Positions 46,992 through 56,518 of a DNA stretch of 64,000 nucleotides are shown here, in pieces. Position 1 is the stretch's first letter. Each line of letters opens with the position of its first letter. Source of the DNA: Desulfurococcales archaeon (GTDB taxonomy: Archaea; Thermoproteota; Thermoprotei_A; Sulfolobales; NBVN01); assembly GCA_023255955.1 (NCBI GenBank), contig JAGDWD010000009.1, positions 21 to 64,020 on the forward strand, written 5' to 3'. The notes beneath the pieces were generated by a model. The model worked only from the letters and a program-made list of their open reading frames with translations. It made no database searches and had not been told where the DNA came from. Made by a program: the position numbers and the translations under genes.

Positions 46992-47336
46992 CTATTTAAG
47001 TTTACCGCTAGTTCTTTTGATTATTGTCTGAGGTATCGGTGATTCAAGTTCTTTCACACGATCCTCCAGTTCCTGCAGCCTCCTAATTGTCTCTCTAAGG
47101 GTCTCATCTAGTAACGTCAGCTTTCCCTCTATGTAAATTAGCTTGTTTACTAACTCCTTAATATCCGAGCTAGAGCTCCTCGCACCTGAGAGGAGAGAGT
47201 CTTGGAGACCTAACTTTATGTACATCTTTATGAGGTCTGTTACCTGTATCCCCATGCTAATCGCAACTCTCCTGAGTTCCTCATAGGTCGACTCAGGTAG
47301 CGATATGTGTACGGTGGGAATGTACGAACCCTCCAA
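46992..47336 (-). CDS. Hypothetical ribbon-helix-helix-like protein with a coiled-coil tail
   Basis: An N-terminal VHISLPESTYEELRRVA (RHH-like strand-helix) is followed by a heptad-like region. It lies in an AT-rich island. Confidence 0.4.
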   Translation of the reverse strand: MEGSYIPTVHISLPESTYEELRRVAISMGIQVTDLIKMYIKLGLQDSLLSGARSSSSDIKELVNKLIYIEGKLTLLDETLRETIRRLQELEDRVKELESPIPQTIIKRTSGKLK

Positions 47337-47451
47337 GAGTAATACTAGTTAGAGTTTATAAAATTATCTGTCTACATGTATTCCTGTTTAAAGAGCTGTA
47401 CATATAGATATAGGAGGTCGTAATTAAAAACCTTGGACACAGGAGGAAATA

Positions 47452-47637
47452 TTGGTGGCTAGGCTGAAGGTGATATCAATAAAAATCGATGAGTCCCTAC
47501 TTAATGCCGTAGATACCGTAGCTAAAAATACTGGGATAAGTCGCTCGGAAATAATAAGACGCGCACTGATCAAATACTTAGAAGAGAACGGATTAAGTAC
47601 TAGTAAAGTAAGAGTTAGACATATCGTATTAGCCTGA
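47452..47637 (+). CDS. CopG/RHH-family DNA-binding protein
   Basis: The ISIKIDESLLNAVDTVAKNTGISRSEIIRRALIKYL pattern. It is divergent from 46992-47336. Confidence 0.6.
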   Translation: MVARLKVISIKIDESLLNAVDTVAKNTGISRSEIIRRALIKYLEENGLSTSKVRVRHIVLA

Positions 47638-47946
47638 CCCTACCACACTGATCGCGACAAGAACGCTTAGAGATATTTTCTCAAGCTACTTTATAGGTTG
47701 AGTTCACTACTTGCTAAAATTAGGCACTAATGTCTTTAGCTCAGGCCCTATCTTTACAGATATTACGGTCTTCATTCTAATCCAGTAAAATAGGTTCTGG
47801 GAGTAAGTAAAACATTGACAGTAGTCGTGCTTTTCAGGTCGTGATAGATATGGACCGAGATAGATAAATAAATATAAATACCTCTAGATGCGTACAGGTA
47901 GCGGTATATAATGACGAATCACAGAGATTAGTGAGGTGTCAGTCGA

Positions 47947-48495
47947 GTGGAAGATATCTTTAAAAACCTTGGAGACATTAAAGACCTTTGGGTGCTGTTA
48001 GGAGTGGTATACTCACATCCTCTGGCTCAGGCTCCTTGGGTTCCCACGAGAGAGGAGCTTCTCCCGTATATTATGATGGTGGCTAAGCCTACTAAGGATG
48101 ACGTGTTCTACGATCTCGGCTGTGGAGATGGGAGAGTGGTTATAGAAGCTGCTCTCAGAGGTGCTAAGGGCGTATGTGTTGAGATAAACCCCGACCTCAT
48201 TAGGAGGGCTAGAGAAGCTGCTGAGAAGCTTAATGTAGCTGACAGGATATTGTTCATTAACGACGACTTCTTTAACGTGAGTCTGCGAGATGCTACAGTG
48301 GTTTACATGTACTTACTAACATCGGTTAATAGGGCTCTGAAACCTAAACTAGAGAAGGAGTTGAGGTTAGGTAGTAGGGTAGTTACCCTAGACTTTGAGA
48401 TACCGGGCTGGAGACCCATACACGTGACTAGAGTCTCCCTAGGTTACAGAGAAGCAACACTCTACCTATATGTGAGGGGAGTATCAGATATCTAG
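47947..48495 (+). CDS. Class I SAM-dependent methyltransferase
   Basis: Motif I VFYDLGCGDGRVV. Confidence 0.7.
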   Translation: MEDIFKNLGDIKDLWVLLGVVYSHPLAQAPWVPTREELLPYIMMVAKPTKDDVFYDLGCGDGRVVIEAALRGAKGVCVEINPDLIRRAREAAEKLNVADRILFINDDFFNVSLRDATVVYMYLLTSVNRALKPKLEKELRLGSRVVTLDFEIPGWRPIHVTRVSLGYREATLYLYVRGVSDI

Positions 48496-48528
48496 TAATT
48501 GCCGACTTCTTCGACCTAGTGAAACTAC

Positions 48529-49914
48529 CTACCTTAGTAAACTACCTTCAAATTCCTTAATGAACTGTATGCTCCTCTTAGTGTCCATAAACAGCTTACT
48601 CGCCTCCGTCACGTCCTCGGCCCTGACCTCGTTTCTTCCCTTCTTAGAGGCTATCACGCTTGAAGGTCTCAGTAGCTGGATAGCGTACCTCAAGCTGTAG
48701 GTGGTTCCTAAATCCGCAAGAAGCTCGAGCGCCTCCTCAGTTAGATTTACTTCCTCCTCTTCCGCTCTTATCTTAACGATCTCCTTGATCTCGTCCCTGG
48801 AGTACGGTCTTACAGGAATTATTAGGAGCCTGTCCAGTATGTCGAGAGGTATTCCGTGCGGAGCCTCGATATCCGTTCCATGTATCTTCGTCATACCTCT
48901 ATTAGTAGCCATAATTATTATAGGAGCAAACTCACTCTCCATTATCTTAGAGAGGAATGCGAAGCACTCTAGGTCCAGTAAGTGCGCGTCGTCTATGAAC
49001 AGCACACCCGGGATCATCTCCGCCCTACCCTCATCTATCAGCTTCTTAACCTGGGAGTTAACGGAGCGCCTGACCTCCTCATCTATCTCCCTCTCCAGCT
49101 CAACACCCAGGAACCCTATGATAGATATCCTCTGAGATGCTACCGCTACGTCGAGGTCGTTGAAGGTGAAGACCCTAGTTATCTCCTTCTCCTTCTTTAC
49201 GGGCCCGGCGGGGAGCTCCCCCGACACTTCCCAGACATCGACGTCGTAGTACCTAGCTTTCTCCACACCCTTCACTCTCCCCATCTTGTGAACTGAGCCT
49301 GTCTCAGCGTCGATCCATATGAGATCCCCCCGCTTAATACCTAGCCTTAGGAACTGCGATGTTATTTCCTCACCAACAGTTAGTGTGAGGCTATCATCCT
49401 TAGTTACTAAGGTTATTCTAGCCTCCTTAGGTATCCTCATGTACGGATTAAACGGGTGTTTCCCATAGGCTATCTTCAACTCCTTAACAGCACCTTCATA
49501 GACCTTCCGAACCTCCCGTATCCTAATACCCATGGCCTTCCTAACAGCCCTCATGAGCACCTCAGTCTTCTTTGCCTCGAGGGAGTATACCTCAGATCCG
49601 TGGAGAGTGACGAACGGGGTGTCCTCACCTAGCTCGCGAGCAATAGCATATGCTAACGCGGTCTTACCCGTCCCTGGAGGACCTACTAGCAGGACCCCCT
49701 TCCCCTGCATCTTCCCCTGACGTACGAGCTCCACAACAACAGCAGCACTCCTCCTTGCCTCTATCTGACCTACTAAACCATCAGCTACCGGGAGCGGCTC
49801 CCCCTTCTCGTTCAGCCCAAGACCTCTGATATGGCTATGGAGGCTGACCTCGACAGCCCTCTTAGAGCTGACTTCACGAACCTCACGTATTTGTGCACCC
49901 ACCTTGATCCCCAC
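48529..49914 (-). CDS. RuvB-like AAA+ helicase (TIP49/Pontin-Reptin homolog)
   Basis: HSHIRGLGL, Walker A GPPGTGKTA, Walker B VLFIDDAH and an inserted OB-like domain II. Confidence 0.8.
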   Translation of the reverse strand: MGIKVGAQIREVREVSSKRAVEVSLHSHIRGLGLNEKGEPLPVADGLVGQIEARRSAAVVVELVRQGKMQGKGVLLVGPPGTGKTALAYAIARELGEDTPFVTLHGSEVYSLEAKKTEVLMRAVRKAMGIRIREVRKVYEGAVKELKIAYGKHPFNPYMRIPKEARITLVTKDDSLTLTVGEEITSQFLRLGIKRGDLIWIDAETGSVHKMGRVKGVEKARYYDVDVWEVSGELPAGPVKKEKEITRVFTFNDLDVAVASQRISIIGFLGVELEREIDEEVRRSVNSQVKKLIDEGRAEMIPGVLFIDDAHLLDLECFAFLSKIMESEFAPIIIMATNRGMTKIHGTDIEAPHGIPLDILDRLLIIPVRPYSRDEIKEIVKIRAEEEEVNLTEEALELLADLGTTYSLRYAIQLLRPSSVIASKKGRNEVRAEDVTEASKLFMDTKRSIQFIKEFEGSLLR

Positions 49915-50061
49915 CGATTATTGGGGAATAGTTGCCTGATTTATAAGCATTTTAAGGGATTATCACGAGACCTGCCCTACCCACGGTTTACATCTATCTA
50001 TGGATAACCGGAGATTGTGTCCTACCCACAACATCTCCGCAATCCATTACTTCAGGTGATG

Positions 50062-50898
50062 CTAGAGCTGTGTCCCCATCTCTCTATATAGTCTTCTAAT
50101 AGCTTCAAGTGCCTGCCTCGATATGGGAGATGTTTCCATTTTCGAGAATGTTTCAGGGTTCTGTAAGGCCCAGAGCAGTGAGTCTAGATGTAGAGGCGGG
50201 ATCTGTATATAACCTCCTACAATGCTCCAAGCCCTCACGATACTGTCCCTACATCGAGCTACCGCGTCATTGACCGAACTAGACTGAACCATGCCCAGAC
50301 TTAAAGTAGCTCTAGCAACCCTCAAGTCGACTGGGATAGGTATTTCCTGCGGTAGAGGGTCGGAACACAGACCTAGAGCTCTACCACAGTAGTAACCCAT
50401 CTTAACAGCAAAGACAATAGTCTTACTAGTAGGGTCTGAATCGAGAACCCTTGAGGCTAGGCTCCACAGCTGCTTGAAGTTACACTGGGCTATTAATGTG
50501 GCTACCTCCCCAGTATAACCAGTAAACTTCCTTACCCTAGAGATCTTAACCTCCCTCAAAAGTGAGCTACAGGGATCTGTCACCAAAAACGAAACAACTA
50601 TGTCTACCGGATCTCTACTCCGGGACTTAGCCACGAAAAAATCTGCGAACCTTCTCCAGTAGGTCTCCCCAGTACATCTCAACCTGTAGGCAGCAAGGGC
50701 AGTGAGGAAAGTAGATACCGCCCCAACATCACCTCCAGACCCGCACACAGTTTTCGCACACTCGAACTGAGGATCCACCTCCTCAATCACCATAACGTCT
50801 CGCACGGTAAGTTCCTTAAGTATAGTAGCTACCTTCAAGATCCTGACCATATCGAGCCCGCACTTCCCCAACAGACCCCTGAGAAAGACTTGATCCAA
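50062..50898 (-). CDS. Probable archaeal N-glycosylase/DNA lyase (AGOG-like HhH glycosylase)
   Basis: Size and the FAVKMGYY...IPIPVDLRVARATL region resemble AGOG. The assignment is from memory only. Confidence 0.45.
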   Translation of the reverse strand: MDQVFLRGLLGKCGLDMVRILKVATILKELTVRDVMVIEEVDPQFECAKTVCGSGGDVGAVSTFLTALAAYRLRCTGETYWRRFADFFVAKSRSRDPVDIVVSFLVTDPCSSLLREVKISRVRKFTGYTGEVATLIAQCNFKQLWSLASRVLDSDPTSKTIVFAVKMGYYCGRALGLCSDPLPQEIPIPVDLRVARATLSLGMVQSSSVNDAVARCRDSIVRAWSIVGGYIQIPPLHLDSLLWALQNPETFSKMETSPISRQALEAIRRLYREMGTQL

Positions 50899-51278
50899 CC
50901 AATTTCAGTTCCAGCTAGTTCTACCTCAGTAGCATACTACACATCTCCCGTCCTTTAATTTCACTATCAGTCCAAGTATCTGGGCCTGTATTATAGCCTC
51001 TAGTGTCGTGGCGAATTCATCAGTTATTAGAAGTTTCAGGTGCGATAACGTCGTCACGACAATCATGGATCTTCACTTCATGCCTCTACTAAATGTCTAC
51101 TAAATGTATGTGTATATCTTTTAGTCCTTACTTCAGGTTCCGGAATTCTAACCCTACATAGCTGCTGTCAACACCTCACTAATCCTATATTCCTACTGTG
51201 AAAGCTGGATTCTAGAATATCATCAATACCTCCCGTTCTGGTCTTAATACTCAAACCACTGCTCGGTGAGTGGAATGC

Positions 51279-51285
51279 TTTTAAA
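51279..51285 (+). promoter_or_regulatory. TATA box (TTTTAAA) for the rpl15e operon
   Basis: Located about 33-39 nt upstream of the ATG at 51318, after a 400-nt non-coding gap. Confidence 0.45.
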
Positions 51286-51317
51286 CTTCCCTGTAGTTCT
51301 GTATCCAGGTACTAGGG

Positions 51318-51989
51318 ATGGCAAAGTCGATGTACCACTACATAGCCCAGCTGTGGAAGAGGCCTTACGACGGCCCTCTAGCTGAGATCATGAGGGAGAG
51401 GCTAGTAAAGTGGAGGAGAGATCCGGCTGTAGTGAGAGTTGAGGCACCTACAAGACTCGATAGAGCTAGAGCTATAGGCTACGAAGCTAAGCTCGGGTTC
51501 GTAGTGGCTAGAGTGAGAGTGAGGAAGGGCGGTCTTAACAGGCCTAGACCAAACTCAGGGAGGAGACCTAAGAGGATGGGTGTTTACGGCTACGCCCCCG
51601 AGAAGTCGGAGCAATTAGTAGCTGAGGAGAGAGCAAACCGGAAGTTCCCCAACCTCGAGGTTCTGGGGAGTTACTACGTCGGTGAGGACGGTATGTACAA
51701 GTACTTCGAGGTCGTGTTAGTGGATCCGCACCACCCATCTATAGCTTCAGACCCTGACATCAACTGGGTTACTCACCCAAGTCAGAGAGGGAGGGTCTTC
51801 AGAGGTAAGACCGCGGCTGGTAGGAGGATGAGGGGACTACTAAGGAGTAGGGGTCTTAAAGGCACTCACCACTATAAGTGGAAGAAGAAGCAGAAAGAGC
51901 GTGAACTTAGGAAGAGGCATGAGGCCTCCAGAGGAGCTAGACTCATCGCCCCGAAGGAAGTCATGGAGGACCTAGGCTACGAGAAGTAG
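51318..51989 (+). CDS. rpl15e: 50S ribosomal protein L15e
   Basis: [17 protein letters not shown]-terminus and basic composition. Confidence 0.9.
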   Translation: MAKSMYHYIAQLWKRPYDGPLAEIMRERLVKWRRDPAVVRVEAPTRLDRARAIGYEAKLGFVVARVRVRKGGLNRPRPNSGRRPKRMGVYGYAPEKSEQLVAEERANRKFPNLEVLGSYYVGEDGMYKYFEVVLVDPHHPSIASDPDINWVTHPSQRGRVFRGKTAAGRRMRGLLRSRGLKGTHHYKWKKKQKERELRKRHEASRGARLIAPKEVMEDLGYEK

Positions 51990-51999
51990 CGGAAAAGTC

Positions 52000-52452
52000 A
52001 TGGTTAAAGTAGTACTCGAGTTTTCCACCTTCATACACTCAACTGAGGATGAGGGAAAGGTTCTAGAAGCATTAACTAGGGCACTCCCGGAAAACCTGAG
52101 GCAGGTCCTATCGCAGAAAGTCGTTATCGAGAAGCTTGAGGGTTACTACGGCAACGTCATTAAGGTAGTTAGACTCTCAGTAGGTCGGGAACACGGGGTC
52201 GACGTCTTGAGGTACATCATATGCTCTATGGACAGGACTAACCGTGAGATCCTCCTAGCCACCCTCGAAAACAGAGTTGAGAAGAGGAGGAGCCGGCTAC
52301 ACATAAGACTGAGTAAGCAGGACCTCTACCTAGGGAGGGTAGTTCTAAGTGATAGCGGTGATGTAGTTAAGGTAGTAGCCTCCTTCGAGGGTGCTCACCA
52401 CCTAGACCTCGAGAAGGTTATTGAGGACCTCGGGGAGGCATGTGTTAGCTGA
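52000..52452 (+). CDS. Predicted RNA-binding protein of the exosome/RNase P superoperon (DUF54-like)
   Basis: It occupies the conserved position between rpl15e and rpp30, and it is a paralog of 42127-42561. Confidence 0.5.
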   Translation: MVKVVLEFSTFIHSTEDEGKVLEALTRALPENLRQVLSQKVVIEKLEGYYGNVIKVVRLSVGREHGVDVLRYIICSMDRTNREILLATLENRVEKRRSRLHIRLSKQDLYLGRVVLSDSGDVVKVVASFEGAHHLDLEKVIEDLGEACVS

Positions 52453-53026
52453 TCTCTGCTACTTAGGAGACGTGAATGAGCTAGCTGCGCGTATTGCTCG
52501 CAGGCTAGGATACGATGTACTGGCCTCACCTAAGGTGGGGGAAGCTAAGAATATAGAAGGCGTTAAGTTCATCCCGAGGATTGAGGTACGTAGAGCCTCC
52601 TTCTGGGGAGCTGGGGACGTGGATGGTGTTAGGGTCCTCATAGTTGAGTCTAAGGAGGATCTAAAGTCTTACACAAGGCTCTCGGGGAAGGTAGACTCAG
52701 TCAGAGTTGTTTTCGATAGTTTAGGTGATGTGAGTAAGGACTTTGTGAGGAGGGTGATCGGGTTAGGAGCACCACTTGAGATAGAGTTTTCTGAGGTAGT
52801 GAAGAGGGTTTGGGCTGGTAAGCCCCTAGACTATTATCTACTGTTCCTTAGACTGTATGCTAGGAGGAAGACCAAGGTATATGTCTGTAGTGGAGCTACC
52901 GACCCCTCCGAGATGGTGCACCCTACAGCCATGTTCTCACTACTCGCCGTACTTGGACTACCTGAAGATCTAGCTATGAAGGCTGTTTTAAAGACCCCTG
53001 CGGAGATGGTGGTAAATGCTACTTGA
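52442..53026 (+). CDS. rnp3: RNase P protein component 3 (Rpp30)
   Basis: Operon position, and a C-terminal CSGATDPSEMVHPTAMFSLLAVLGL region typical of Rpp30. The start is either GTG at 52442 or ATG at 52421. Confidence 0.6.
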   Translation: MLADLCYLGDVNELAARIARRLGYDVLASPKVGEAKNIEGVKFIPRIEVRRASFWGAGDVDGVRVLIVESKEDLKSYTRLSGKVDSVRVVFDSLGDVSKDFVRRVIGLGAPLEIEFSEVVKRVWAGKPLDYYLLFLRLYARRKTKVYVCSGATDPSEMVHPTAMFSLLAVLGLPEDLAMKAVLKTPAEMVVNAT

Positions 53027-53150
53027 AGTACTAGTTGCTGTCTCCCTAGTAGTTTCCCTGATATCTCTCTACCTGAGCTTCAGATCCTGGCTGAGGGTTA
53101 GGAAGGTAATCGCGGTAGTTAGGGGGGTCCTAGCTACCAAAAGAACTAAG

Positions 53151-53483
53151 ATGTTGAGACCCAGAAAACGCTACCTAATCTTCGAGGTCGTAGCTGTCTC
53201 GGGTGACCTATCCCGTGTAAGAAAGCCCGGTGTGGAGGATGCTTTGGAGAGCTCCTGTAGGTTACTCTACGGGGTTCTCGGATACTCAACCATCAAGCCT
53301 TCACTCATATACTACGATGAATCTCGAGGTGTGGGAATACTCTCCTTCAGACATAGCTGGAGGAGTAATGTCTTCCTTCTACTCTCACTAATACGGGAGA
53401 TAGGTGGGGTCAAGGTAATCGTAATACCTAGAGCTACGACTGGTACTAGGAGGAAAGCTATGGACTACGTAAGGAAAGTGTAG
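53151..53483 (+). CDS. rnp2: RNase P protein component 2 (Pop5)
   Basis: The LRPRKRYLIFEV N-terminal motif. The ORF is also open from an ATG at 53016 (see findings). Confidence 0.65.
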   Translation: MLRPRKRYLIFEVVAVSGDLSRVRKPGVEDALESSCRLLYGVLGYSTIKPSLIYYDESRGVGILSFRHSWRSNVFLLLSLIREIGGVKVIVIPRATTGTRRKAMDYVRKV

Positions 53484-53513
53484 GCGTGAGCTACATTACG
53501 GAGGTAGGCCGAG

Positions 53514-54299
53514 ATGGTTGAGGTATCAATCTCAACTATGGTGTATTTAAACACCGCTCCTTCAGTTGCTGTCGAGAGAATACTGAGTAAAGGATATAGA
53601 TCTGTAGAGCTTAGCTACGATAACCTCCTCTACGGCAGGTATGATGAGCTAGCAGAGCTCCTGGAGGTGGTAGAAACCATATCAAGATATTCCGTGAGAT
53701 ACTTCTCAGTTCACCTGCCCTACGATACTGTAGGTGGAACTGAGACAAGCATCGCGACAGCTCTAAGTAGGGTCTCTAGGTGGGTTAAGGCACTGGATAG
53801 AGTTGATGTCGAGCATTACGTGGTCCACCTACCTAGATTACCACGCAGTGAGGAGTCTCTGGCTCTAGCAACCAGGTTCTTGGAAGGTCTCCTGGAGGTT
53901 ACTGGAGGTTCGTACATAGCTATCGAGAATACTCCGAGTACATCGCTGTTGGGGGCCTACCCAGAGGACATACTTAAGGTGATCGAGGAAGTGGGATCCG
54001 AAGCCCTCGTCGCTTGTGTTGATGTAGGTCATGCGAACATATCTAGAGTGACGTTGAGGAGGTTCCACGACGTCCTCGGAACCCGGATAATATCCCTACA
54101 CTTGCACGATAATGACGGACTTAGTGACGAGCATGCGATGCCTGGTACGAGAAGTTTAGATCTAGATGAGCTGACCGAGTTCATATTTCTTACGAAACCC
54201 AGAGTAGCTGTCTTCGAAGTTGCCTGTAGGGATCACCAGAGATGTGATCACGTCGTTACCGATATTCGCCGTATAGCTCTGCGTATACTACCACTTTAA
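53514..54299 (+). CDS. Sugar phosphate isomerase/epimerase (xylose-isomerase-like TIM barrel)
   Basis: IENTP...DVGHAN...HLHDNDG metal-ligand pattern. Confidence 0.6.
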   Translation: MVEVSISTMVYLNTAPSVAVERILSKGYRSVELSYDNLLYGRYDELAELLEVVETISRYSVRYFSVHLPYDTVGGTETSIATALSRVSRWVKALDRVDVEHYVVHLPRLPRSEESLALATRFLEGLLEVTGGSYIAIENTPSTSLLGAYPEDILKVIEEVGSEALVACVDVGHANISRVTLRRFHDVLGTRIISLHLHDNDGLSDEHAMPGTRSLDLDELTEFIFLTKPRVAVFEVACRDHQRCDHVVTDIRRIALRILPL

Positions 54300-54352
54300 A
54301 GAGCTCAAGTATCTATCTAAAATCTATCTAAAAACAACTAATAACCATCCTT

Positions 54353-55951
54353 CTACTCTTCGTCACACACCTCCACGAACTCTACTCTAGAGCAGTCAAC
54401 CACGCCACACACTACCCTCCTCAACGTCTCAAGCCTAGACCAAAGATACTTCTCGCATGTGAATATAGTTATAGCCCCTCTATAGGAGCTTACTAAGCTT
54501 CTGATTACGTTGAACATCTTCCCAGCAACCTCCCTCGAAGCAGTACTAGATATTTCACACTGGGAGTAGGGGTAGGTGTAGGATATCTCGATAGGTAACA
54601 CATCGAAGAAAGGTGTGTAAACAAGTCTCACGCACCGCTCTAGATCCATCCTATTTCTCTCAGCAAACTCCACTACACGGCCGTATATAGCGGACCGTAT
54701 GAAGGGTCTGTCCCTCAGGTCTCCGGGGATGAGTACTAGCCTACCAGTACTTTCCTGCAGGACCTGATTAAGGTACTTCTTCAAGAATTCCCTATGCCTA
54801 ACTAGTTCAGGTCTGTAGTAGGATGTTCTACTTACCAGGAATATCCCACGTCCGGAACCCCTGAACCTACTGTCTAACTTCTCTATCCACTGTACGTATT
54901 TGATCATCCTCTTGAACGCGTCCACGGTGAGTGGGTGTGACACTGCGTATCTTTCTAGTAGCTCCCACAGCCTCCCCTCCTTAATGGCCTCCTTAACCTC
55001 CTTTATGGTCCTAGCAATCACGTTGAGGTTGTGCTCAGCAAGTAGCCTCACTCTATCACTCCTGCCCATCTCTAGGAGGTCTCTCGGCTCGTACTTTCGG
55101 CACACTGGGCAGTTGCAGGGGAAGTAGCTGAGGCTCGATAGCTTCCGTGTACCGTGCTCGTAGATGTACCGCTCATCCTTCGCGTACAGTATGTAGGATG
55201 CGGAGTCGAAGGTATCTATACCTAGGGCTACAGCTATCGGTATTAGTAAGGGGTGTCCACCTCCGAATAGATGTACCGGCTTGTCTAAGGGTATTGAGGA
55301 CTTAACAGTGTAAACCATGTCGACTACTTTCTTGAAATCGTACTTCTCTAGGGCCTTGACGGGGCTTCCGACAGCGTACATACCGTAAAACTCGGAGAGC
55401 TTTCTCGATTCCTCAGCACTCCATTTGAGTACGTCCGTGTGTACTCCTCCCTGAACTGGGAGTACCCACATAATCTTTGAGGAACTACGTCTCACAACGT
55501 CTAGGGAGAGGTAAGCTCTCCTGAGGGTCTCCCTAGCACTTGCCTCAGCCTCCTCCCTAGTAGCTGTGTCCGGAGTCGGAATATCAACTATCACAGCAAT
55601 ATCCGGCTCTAAAACCTCCTCATACTCCACAAGCTCTAGAGGGTCTATCGACAGTCTCTCATCACCGTAGACTAGGATCTGGTAAGCACCTGAGTCAGTC
55701 ATCACAACCCCATCGAAGCCGAGTACCTCATGTACCTTAGCAACACTACCTCCAAGTTTCCTCTTTATGATGTAGGCGTTGGTTATGACCTGCTTAAACC
55801 CTGCCTCAACTATCTTCTCTATGGGCAGGTCCTCCGGCTGCTTAAACGGGTGGACGACTGGGAAAAACGCTGGTGTTTCTACTATACCGGATCTTAGGCT
55901 GAGCTTTCCTATCCTACCTGCCAGGTCCTTATCTTTAACTTCAAAGCTCAA
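54353..55951 (-). CDS. tgtA: Archaeosine tRNA-guanine(15) transglycosylase, catalytic subunit (no PUA domain)
   Basis: FEVKDKDLAGRIGKL...TPAFFPV, MTDSGAYQ, GGGHP and the zinc site CNCPVC. The start is set at the TTG at 55951, forming a TTGA overlap with the LSm stop codon. Confidence 0.8.
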   Translation of the reverse strand: MSFEVKDKDLAGRIGKLSLRSGIVETPAFFPVVHPFKQPEDLPIEKIVEAGFKQVITNAYIIKRKLGGSVAKVHEVLGFDGVVMTDSGAYQILVYGDERLSIDPLELVEYEEVLEPDIAVIVDIPTPDTATREEAEASARETLRRAYLSLDVVRRSSSKIMWVLPVQGGVHTDVLKWSAEESRKLSEFYGMYAVGSPVKALEKYDFKKVVDMVYTVKSSIPLDKPVHLFGGGHPLLIPIAVALGIDTFDSASYILYAKDERYIYEHGTRKLSSLSYFPCNCPVCRKYEPRDLLEMGRSDRVRLLAEHNLNVIARTIKEVKEAIKEGRLWELLERYAVSHPLTVDAFKRMIKYVQWIEKLDSRFRGSGRGIFLVSRTSYYRPELVRHREFLKKYLNQVLQESTGRLVLIPGDLRDRPFIRSAIYGRVVEFAERNRMDLERCVRLVYTPFFDVLPIEISYTYPYSQCEISSTASREVAGKMFNVIRSLVSSYRGAITIFTCEKYLWSRLETLRRVVCGVVDCSRVEFVEVCDEE

Positions 55952-56415
55952 CTTCCGGACGTCCTCGGCTTGGACTTCCCTTCCATGTACTCCTGCCAAA
56001 CACTGTAAAGCTTCTCAGCGAAGGGACCGGACCCCTCAATACCTTTCTCACTAGCTACGTACCTATCTAGAAATCTGACAACGTTGAGGACCTCATCCAC
56101 CTTCACGTTATCAGGTCTAACCTTAAGTCTCTCGATAGCGTAGGATGCGAACTCCTTAGCATTAAATGCTGCCCTCTCCTTGAGGACTATTTCAGAGACG
56201 TGGCTACCACTTATGAAAACCTTAGGTATCTCGTTCCCGCTACTATCTCTAGCGTCCTCAAGTACTAGATGGAGGGTAAGCCCATCAGCATCTATCCCCT
56301 TCAACCTCCCCTCATATCTCGACCCATCCGATAGTTTAATCATTACCTGACGGTCCAGTAAGGAGGAGAGCTCTTGCCTCAGTCTCCTAGTAGCTTCACT
56401 CATTTTAGCACCCAA
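55948..56415 (-). CDS. Sm-like (LSm) protein with a C-terminal extension (SmAP3-type)
   Basis: The Sm fold pattern VMIKLSDGSRYEGRLKGIDADGLTLHLVLEDA...ISGSHVSEI. Confidence 0.7.
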   Translation of the reverse strand: MGAKMSEATRRLRQELSSLLDRQVMIKLSDGSRYEGRLKGIDADGLTLHLVLEDARDSSGNEIPKVFISGSHVSEIVLKERAAFNAKEFASYAIERLKVRPDNVKVDEVLNVVRFLDRYVASEKGIEGSGPFAEKLYSVWQEYMEGKSKPRTSGS

Positions 56416-56518
56416 AACTAGCTGTAAGTCACTCTAATATGTTCTATCGGTAGTAGCACTGCTGAGTTGAGTAATAGATGAGTTGCGGGTTTCTTGAGGG
56501 GACGTACTCTTAGGGCTA

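Noticed and set aside
50923-51066. A 47-codon minus-strand ORF (MIVVTTLSHLKLLITDEF...) in the gap before rpl15e. It could be a toxin-like gene fragment.
   Set aside because: It is too short and has no recognisable domain or promoter signal. It is noted only as possible relic coding sequence.
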